Assembly: GCF_036588685.1 (NCBI RefSeq)
Contig: NC_086378.1
Coordinates: forward strand, 33,728,001 to 33,792,000
Reading direction: 5' to 3'
DNA length: 64,000 nucleotides
Source: Mytilus trossulus
Lineage: Eukaryota
Each line of letters starts with the position of its first letter. Position 1 is the first letter of the stretch. The notes below the pieces were generated by a model. That model was given only the letters and a program-made list of their open reading frames with translations, was not told the origin of the DNA and made no database searches. Made by a program: the position numbers and the translations under genes. Shown piece by piece: positions 53,788 to 64,000 of the stretch.

Positions 53788-54969
53788 AAAGTGGATATAT
53801 CGGATTACTCACTTAACAACGGCCCTTTTCAGGGCCACCAATATTTTTCAAAAGAGTCTAAAATTGTTGTACATCTTAGTAATACTTTATTCCCCATACA
53901 TAATTGAAAAAAATATATTCTACTACATAAACAAATAAAAAATGTCTAAAATATAAATGTCCCTTCTTCGTGATTCTTCTTTTCTTCTCTCTCTAACGCA
54001 TCCCATTTAAGTACAGTTCTTATAGCATAACACTAAGTCTAGTAACTTTTTCAGTCTTCTTCATCAGAACATTTATGTGTCGTACTTTCTGACTCTTTGA
54101 ACCCACAAGTAGCTCAGTTAAATCATATAATGTTTGTCGGGGGGAAAAAAAACCACTGATAGTATTTATATTTAATACTAGTCTGCTCTCTTCTTTCTCT
54201 CTCTTGGTTATTGATGCGAGCATGCTTAGATTCATCTGAGAAGGTGTGTGGTTTTTTTTTATTATTATAATTATTTATAGTTTTTGTTAACATTATCTCT
54301 TTCGTCAACACTTTTATATATGATATGTACTTTCCATTCTTTTCCTTTTTCCATTTTTTTCAGCATCTCTCTCTCTGTCTTTCTGTCTTTATTTAGTTAT
54401 TGTTTGTGTATTAAAGATGTGGAATTGATGTAAGCACACCGACAATCAGACAATGTGACAAATGTGCCCAGCCCAAATGAAAATCATACCACATCTTCTT
54501 TTTTTATATTAAATATACATAAATATGACATAATACAACAATAAAGAAACTCAGCCGATCCGCACAATGTCATGTCGGGAATGTGTAATTCCATTTGTTT
54601 CTGTTTTTTTATTTTTTATTTCGCTTTGTTTGTGTTATAACTGCATTTATTTTTATTTTTTCCTGTTTTATTTTTCGTTCCTTTCCTTAATGTTTCTGCA
54701 TGTATTTTGACCTTTTTTCATTATTATTATTTTTCTTCTTCAGATTTATCATATTGAAACCGTGACACTAATTTACTATTGTTGAGCTATGAGGGATGAT
54801 CAGAAACTGTAATTATGAATGAAAAAAGGGGGGCATTTTTACTGTCAGCTTGGGTTGAGCAGTTTTTTCAGTAAAAAATGGATTGAAAACTGTCAAAGTC
54901 CCTTACAAATCAGTCCAATCAGATTTAAGATATGCGGACCAATCAACGCCAGCTTTATGTAAGTGGTGA

Positions 54970-55485
<516 letters not shown>

Positions 55486-57202
55486 GAAGTGTGATTTTTT
55501 CACCAAAACATAACGGCCCTTTTCAGGGCCACCAATATTTTTCAAAAAGAATCTATAAATTGTTGTACATGAAAATTAGAAACATAGCCGAACCCCTCTT
55601 TTCCCCATCTCTCTCTCTCTCTTTTATTTCTTCTTGTTGAATCCATCTATATGCAAAGCAATACATAGACAAAAAATAAATTTTATGATATATATATACA
55701 CACAAGTCTCATCACAAAAAAAAGGGGGGTGTTTGTTTATCATGGTACATGTATGTCCTTGTGTGTAGAATATTAAATAGTACATTATATAAAAAAAGAT
55801 CAACATATAAATGTTTCTATCTGTACTTCTGTTCTTTTCTTTTCTTCGCTTGTTTTGTCTTGTCTTCTTTTGATGTATTATTTACACCAGTAGTCTAGAC
55901 CAAAGAAAGAGAACCACCAACTGGCCAAAATATAACCTTTTTTTTTAAGTTAGAGTTTAAATATCTTGTATAATTCATTAATTTGAATATTTCTTTTAGA
56001 AAAGCTGATATTACAGGGTACTTTTATCAAAAATTTAGAGCTCTTTTTCAGTCAGAATTGTAAAGAATTTTTTTATCATGTATGTAGTAATATATTTTGT
56101 CCACTTTAGAGTCTTGTCTTGCTGCTAGTTAACAAAATCATGAAATTTCTATTTAAATTAATATAATTTCGGTACGGGTCCAAGTAGTCCCCACAAAATT
56201 TCAATGTAGGAAGTCCATGTAAGCATATATCTTGCACTTATAAGCTTTTTTATATGATAAAAAGTGGTTTTCAGACTTATTATAAACTTTTCTGGCTAAA
56301 AGAAGTCTTCAGAATAGTAAGTACATGTGTGCGCATTAACATTTTTATTGGATTGGCTGATGAAATTGTCATCGTCATACTGTGGATAAATATAGAATGG
56401 CGTTTAAAAATAAAATTGAAAGGAAGATGCACACATAAGAAGTTTTACCCGCAGTCAGGGGCATCTCTTTTCTTCACTGTAATACCTAGAAAAAAAAATC
56501 TTTAATAGTAATAACAGTAACAGTTTTATTCATACATTCTCCCATTTATGATCTGAAGTACCTGCAGCAGATCGTTGATGGATGGCAAGCACAGCTTTGA
56601 CAGATGATGTTGAGTTATGAAAGACAGGTAGAAAACTGCAAGCATGTAAAATCCTGTGATGTATCCAATTTCTGGATACATCAAATAGACAAATAGATAA
56701 CCAGTATTCCTAGATATGTCTGTGAGGTTTATTTTTTCCCCAACTAAATTCCATTCCATTAAGTTGAAATGTGTATTGTCATTGAATGAAAATGTCTGTT
56801 CAGAGAAAGCAAATAATTATCTTTATAATTTTGACTGTCTAAAGTGATTTTCATTTATCATTTATTTATCATACTATTCTATCTTAAAATGAAAACTTTT
56901 CAACATTTTGGAACTTTTTTTGTCTCCTTCAGTCATTTTTATTCCGATTGAAATAATAGTTTTTTCTTAAAAATTTACTGTCTGATATGAATTATTATAT
57001 TTTTCAGACCTAGAATGAAAAAGTGGATTGAAAGTGTACACAGTTTAAGGCAGTACAGAGTTACCTCCCGGAATAAAACAACGTAAGCCAATCAGACAAC
57101 AGTTAACTGAAAATGTGTGATACTTCTTTTACGGCCGCGTTGGTGATATATAAAGAGTCGCTGTTAGACGGAAAGTATTATTTAACTAATCACCACAAAT
57201 AG

Positions 57203-57520
<318 letters not shown>

Positions 57521-58373
57521 ACAGCCACCCAGCTAATATCAACAACGGCCCTTTTCAGGGCCACCAACATTTTTCAAAAAGAATCTTAGATTTGTTGTAC
57601 ATCGTTTTAAACAAAATCTTGAAATCAAAGCTTGCTCCCACTTCTATTCTTTTCTCTAATGTTCATGAATTTTTCAACCGTTTTTCTTGTTTTCCCTGAT
57701 CCTGATCCGCAACTATTTTCTCTCTCTCGTTATACCCCCCCCCCCCCCCCTTTTTTTTTTTAAATATCTGGCTTTCTTTTTAATTAACTTCCTTACTCTT
57801 ACTCTTGTATTTATTTGAGAATTTATATTTCTGAAGGTTTATGAATACGTTCAAAGATCAAGTCCGTGCATTTGCCTACATGAAGAGAGAAAATTTCAAA
57901 ACAAAATGCACGGACTTTTACACACAAAATCTGTAGATTCTGTTATATTCAATTATAGAGGTTTTTTTTGCGTGGTTTAAGATTAGGTAATGTTCTTGTT
58001 TCCGTGTAAAATAATTCTCGCAATATTTTTTTTCTCTCGAAAAGCAAAAGAAATCGTAAATTTATCAACTCTATTAATTGGAATGAAAGCACTGTTTTGT
58101 TCTTCATGATTTATGTATTTACGCTTTGTAGTTTTGACAGACAAATTAAATGCTACAGAATGAGTGAAATACACGTATATTTGTTATACAGATAGAAAGA
58201 AGAGAAAAGTAACCATATACTATTGAAATAGTTTGAAAGTGGTTATAGCTGGGGTTGGGATTTATAGCTTTGTTTAGAAGTTTGACATTGATGTACAACA
58301 AATGTAAATTCTTTTTGAAAAATGTTGGTGGCCCTGAAAAGGGCCGTTTGTGAAGTTATAAACTTCAGACTGT

Positions 58374-58748
58374 TTACTTGCTGCTGGTGTATTTAGTGAC
58401 GGCTTTGGTACCTTCACTGACAGCGTGCTTGGCCAATTCTCCGGGTAAGAGAAGACGGACAGCGGTCTGGATCTCCCGGGATGTGATGGTAGATCTTTTG
58501 TTGTAGTGTGCCAATCGGGAAGCCTCTGCTGCGATTCTCTCGAAGATATCGTTGACGAAGCTGTTCATGATGGACATTGCCTTTGAGGACACTCCGGTGT
58601 CGGGGTGAACTTGTCTCAAGACTTTGTAGATGTAGATAGCATAGGATTCACGTCTCTTCCTCCTCCTTTTCTTATCACCGCCGGGTCTGGCAGTCTTTGC
58701 CTTGGTGACGGCCTTCTTGGCTCCTTTAGTTCCTACTTTGGGTGGCAT
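58374..58748 (-). CDS. H2B: Histone H2B
   Basis: Identical protein. Confidence 0.99.
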   Translation of the reverse strand: MPPKVGTKGAKKAVTKAKTARPGGDKKRRRKRRESYAIYIYKVLRQVHPDTGVSSKAMSIMNSFVNDIFERIAAEASRLAHYNKRSTITSREIQTAVRLLLPGELAKHAVSEGTKAVTKYTSSK

Positions 58749-59018
58749 GTTACTGGTTTGATAATCAAATAAGTAATGGTGAAAAATTATTTTCAATTTG
58801 TTTATATACTGGGCAAAACGGATTGAAAGATTTTATTAAACGCGAACCTCGGAGAGAGCACCCATAACATGTTGAATGTTCGGTAGCCTAACTGCTCGCA
58901 GAGAGCTTCGTTCTGATTGGTGTATAATAAAAACATCGTTCAATCCGTTTAGTGGGTATATAAGCTAAATTTTGAAGAAAAATTGTATCACTTTACTCAG
59001 TGTCGATCAACCAAATAG

Positions 59019-59402
<384 letters not shown>

Positions 59403-60583
59403 AAAGTGGATATATCGGATTACTCACTTAACAACGGCCCTTTTCAGGGCCACCAATATTTTTCAAAAAGAGTCTAAAATTGTTGTACATCTTAGTAATA
59501 CTTTATTCCCCATACATAATTGAAAAAAATATATTCTACTACATAACAAATAAAAAATGTCTAAAATATAAATGTCCCTTCTTCCGTGATTCTTCTTTTC
59601 TTCTCTCTCTAACGCATCCCATTTAAGTACAGTTCTTATAGCATAACACTAAGTCTAGTAACTTTTTCAGTCTTCTTCATCAGAACATTTATTGTCGTAC
59701 TTTCTGACTCTTTGAACCCACAAGTAGCTCAGTTAAATCATATAATGTTTGTCGGGGGGAAAAAAAACCACTGATAGTATTTATATTTAATACTAGTCTG
59801 CTCTCTTCTTTCTCTCTCTTGGTTATTGATGCGAGCATGCTTAGATTCATCTGAGAAGGTGTGTGGTTTTTTTTTATTATTATAATTATTTATAGTTTTT
59901 GTTAACATTATCTCTTTCGTCAACACTTTTATATATGATATGTACTTTCCATTCTTTTCCTTTTTCCATTTTTTTCAGCATCTCTCTCTCTGTCTTTCTG
60001 TCTTTATTTAGTTATTGTTTGTGTATTAAAGATGTGGAATTGATGTAAGCACACCGACAATCAGACAATGTGACAAATGTGCCCAGCCCAAATGAAAATC
60101 ATACCACATCTTCTTTTTTTATATTAAATATACATAAATATGACATAATACAACAATAAAGAAACTCAGCCGATCCGCACAATGTCATGTCGGGAATGTG
60201 TAATTCCATTTGTTTCTGTTTTTTTATTTTTATTTCGCTTTGTTTGTGTTATAACTGCATTTTATTTTTATTTTTTCCTGTTTTTATTTTTCGTTCCTTT
60301 CCTTAATGTTTCTGCATGTATTTTGACCTTTTTTCATTATTATTATTTTTCTTCTTCAGATTTATCATATTGAAACCGTGACACTAATTTACTATTGTTG
60401 AGCTATGAGGGATGATCAGAAACTGTAATTATGAATGAAAAAAGGGGGCATTTTTACTGTCAGCTTGGGTTGAGCAGTTTTTCAGTAAAAAATGGATTGA
60501 AAACTGTCAAAGTCCCTTACAAATCAGTCCAATCAGATTTAAGATATGCGGACCAATCAACGCCAGCTTTATGTAAGTGGTGA

Positions 60584-61099
<516 letters not shown>

Positions 61100-62816
61100 G
61101 AAGTGTGATTTTTTCACCAAAACATAACGGCCCTTTTCAGGGCCACCAATATTTTTCAAAAAGAATCTATAAATTGTTGTACATGAAAATTAGAAACATA
61201 GCCGAACCCCTCTTTTCCCCATCTCTCTCTCTCTCTTTTATTTCTTCTTGTTGAATCCATCTATATGCAAAGCAATACATAGACAAAAAATAAATTTTAT
61301 GATATATATATACACACAAGTCTCATCACAAAAAAAAGGGGGGTGTTTGTTTATCATGGTACATGTATGTCCTTGTGTGTAGAATATTAAATAGTACATT
61401 ATATAAAAAAAGATCAACATATAAATGTTTCTATCTGTACTTCTGTTCTTTTCTTTTCTTCGCTTGTTTTGTCTTGTCTTCTTTTGATGTATTATTTACA
61501 CCAGTAGTCTAGACCAAAGAAAGAGAACCACCAACTGGCCAAAATATAACCTTTTTTTTTAAGTTAGAGTTTAAATATCTTGTATAATTCATTAATTTGA
61601 ATATTTCTTTTAGAAAAGCTGATATTACAGGGTACTTTTATCAAAAATTTAGAGCTCTTTTTCAGTCAGAATTGTAAAGAATTTTTTTATCATGTATGTA
61701 GTAATATATTTTGTCCACTTTAGAGTCTTGTCTTGCTGCTAGTTAACAAAATCATGAAATTTCTATTTAAATTAATATAATTTCGGTACGGGTCCAAGTA
61801 GTCCCCACAAAATTTCAATGTAGGAAGTCCATGTAAGCATATATCTTGCACTTATAAGCTTTTTTATATGATAAAAAGTGGTTTTCAGACTTATTATAAA
61901 CTTTTCTGGCTAAAAGAAGTCTTCAGAATAGTAAGTACATGTGTGCGCATTAACATTTTTATTGGATTGGCTGATGAAATTGTCATCGTCATACTGTGGA
62001 TAAATATAGAATGGCGTTTAAAAATAAAATTGAAAGGAAGATGCACACATAAGAAGTTTTACCCGCAGTCAGGGGCATCTCTTTTCTTCACTGTAATACC
62101 TAGAAAAAAAAATCTTTAATAGTAATAACAGTAACAGTTTTATTCATACATTCTCCCATTTATGATCTGAAGTACCTGCAGCAGATCGTTGATGGATGGC
62201 AAGCACAGCTTTGACAGATGATGTTGAGTTATGAAAGACAGGTAGAAAACTGCAAGCATGTAAAATCCTGTGATGTATCCAATTTCTGGATACATCAAAT
62301 AGACAAATAGATAACCAGTATTCCTAGATATGTCTGTGAGGTTTATTTTTTCCCCAACTAAATTCCATTCCATTAAGTTGAAATGTGTATTGTCATTGAA
62401 TGAAAATGTCTGTTCAGAGAAAGCAAATAATTATCTTTATAATTTTGACTGTCTAAAGTGATTTTCATTTATCATTTATTTATCATACTATTCTATCTTA
62501 AAATGAAAACTTTTCAACATTTTGGAACTTTTTTTGTCTCCTTCAGTCATTTTTATTCCGATTGAAATAATAGTTTTTTCTTAAAAATTTACTGTCTGAT
62601 ATGAATTATTATATTTTTCAGACCTAGAATGAAAAAGTGGATTGAAAGTGTACACAGTTTAAGGCAGTACAGAGTTACCTCCCGGAATAAAACAACGTAA
62701 GCCAATCAGACAACAGTTAACTGAAAATGTGTGATACTTCTTTTACGGCCGCGTTGGTGATATATAAAGAGTCGCTGTTAGACGGAAAGTATTATTTAAC
62801 TAATCACCACAAATAG

Positions 62817-63134
<318 letters not shown>

Positions 63135-63987
63135 ACAGCCACCCAGCTAATATCAACAACGGCCCTTTTCAGGGCCACCAACATTTTTCAAAAAGAATCT
63201 TAGATTTGTTGTACATCGTTTTAAACAAAATCTTGAAATCAAAGCTTGCTCCCACTTCTATTCTTTTCTCTAATGTTCATGAATTTTTCAACCGTTTTTC
63301 TTGTTTTCCCTGATCCTGATCCGCAACTATTTTCTCTCTCTCGTTATACCCCCCCCCCCCCCCCTTTTTTTTTTTAAATATCTGGCTTTCTTTTTAATTA
63401 ACTTCCTTACTCTTACTCTTGTATTTATTTGAGAATTTATATTTCTGAAGGTTTATGAATACGTTCAAAGATCAAGTCCGTGCATTTGCCTACATGAAGA
63501 GAGAAAATTTCAAAACAAAATGCACGGACTTTTACACACAAAATCTGTAGATTCTGTTATATTCAATTATAGAGGTTTTTTTTGCGTGGTTTAAGATTAG
63601 GTAATGTTCTTGTTTCCGTGTAAAATAATTCTCGCAATATTTTTTTTCTCTCGAAAAGCAAAAGAAATCGTAAATTTATCAACTCTATTAATTGGAATGA
63701 AAGCACTGTTTTGTTCTTCATGATTTATGTATTTACGCTTTGTAGTTTTGACAGACAAATTAAATGCTACAGAATGAGTGAAATACACGTATATTTGTTA
63801 TACAGATAGAAAGAAGAGAAAAGTAACCATATACTATTGAAATAGTTTGAAAGTGGTTATAGCTGGGGTTGGGATTTATAGCTTTGTTTAGAAGTTTGAC
63901 ATTGATGTACAACAAATGTAAATTCTTTTTGAAAAATGTTGGTGGCCCTGAAAAGGGCCGTTTGTGAAGTTATAAACTTCAGACTGT

Positions 63988-64000
63988 TTACTTGCTGCTG
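63988..64000 (-). CDS. H2B: Histone H2B, 3' end at the window edge
   Basis: ...AGC AGC AAG TAA followed by the H2B 3' UTR and stem-loop. Confidence 0.9.

Noticed and set aside
53100-54900. Divergent or degenerate unit with an H2A pseudogene
   Set aside because: Nearly all differences are 1-bp indels that fade with distance from the contig end, typical of low-coverage long-read consensus. The same applies to 31301-32600.

Overview
This window is eukaryotic (metazoan) DNA consisting entirely of a highly homogenised tandem array of replication-dependent core-histone genes. The repeat unit is 5,611-5,615 bp and carries one intronless copy each of H2A(-), H2B(+), H4(-) and H3(-). I see no H1 and no recognisable 5S rDNA in the unit. 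The H2B N-terminus ([17 protein letters not shown]) and the H4-H2B-H2A-H3 layout match my recollection of Mytilus (mussel) core-histone repeats; this is from memory, not a search. About 11 units lie in three contigs separated by two 100-N gaps (31201-31300 and 53000-53099), and the array orientation flips at the second gap. Three gene copies are frameshifted, most likely from consensus errors. I found no new protein-coding system. The most interesting signals are cis-regulatory: (1) an extra invariant TTGTTGTACAT element 28-29 nt downstream of the stem-loop in all four genes, beyond the U7 site; (2) a TTCAATCC promoter motif shared by all four genes, with H3 carrying CACAAAAA where the TATA box should be; (3) a CT-rich tract downstream of every gene; (4) one inverted-repeat hairpin in each long spacer. 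Regulatory coordinates are given for the first unit and recur in every unit.
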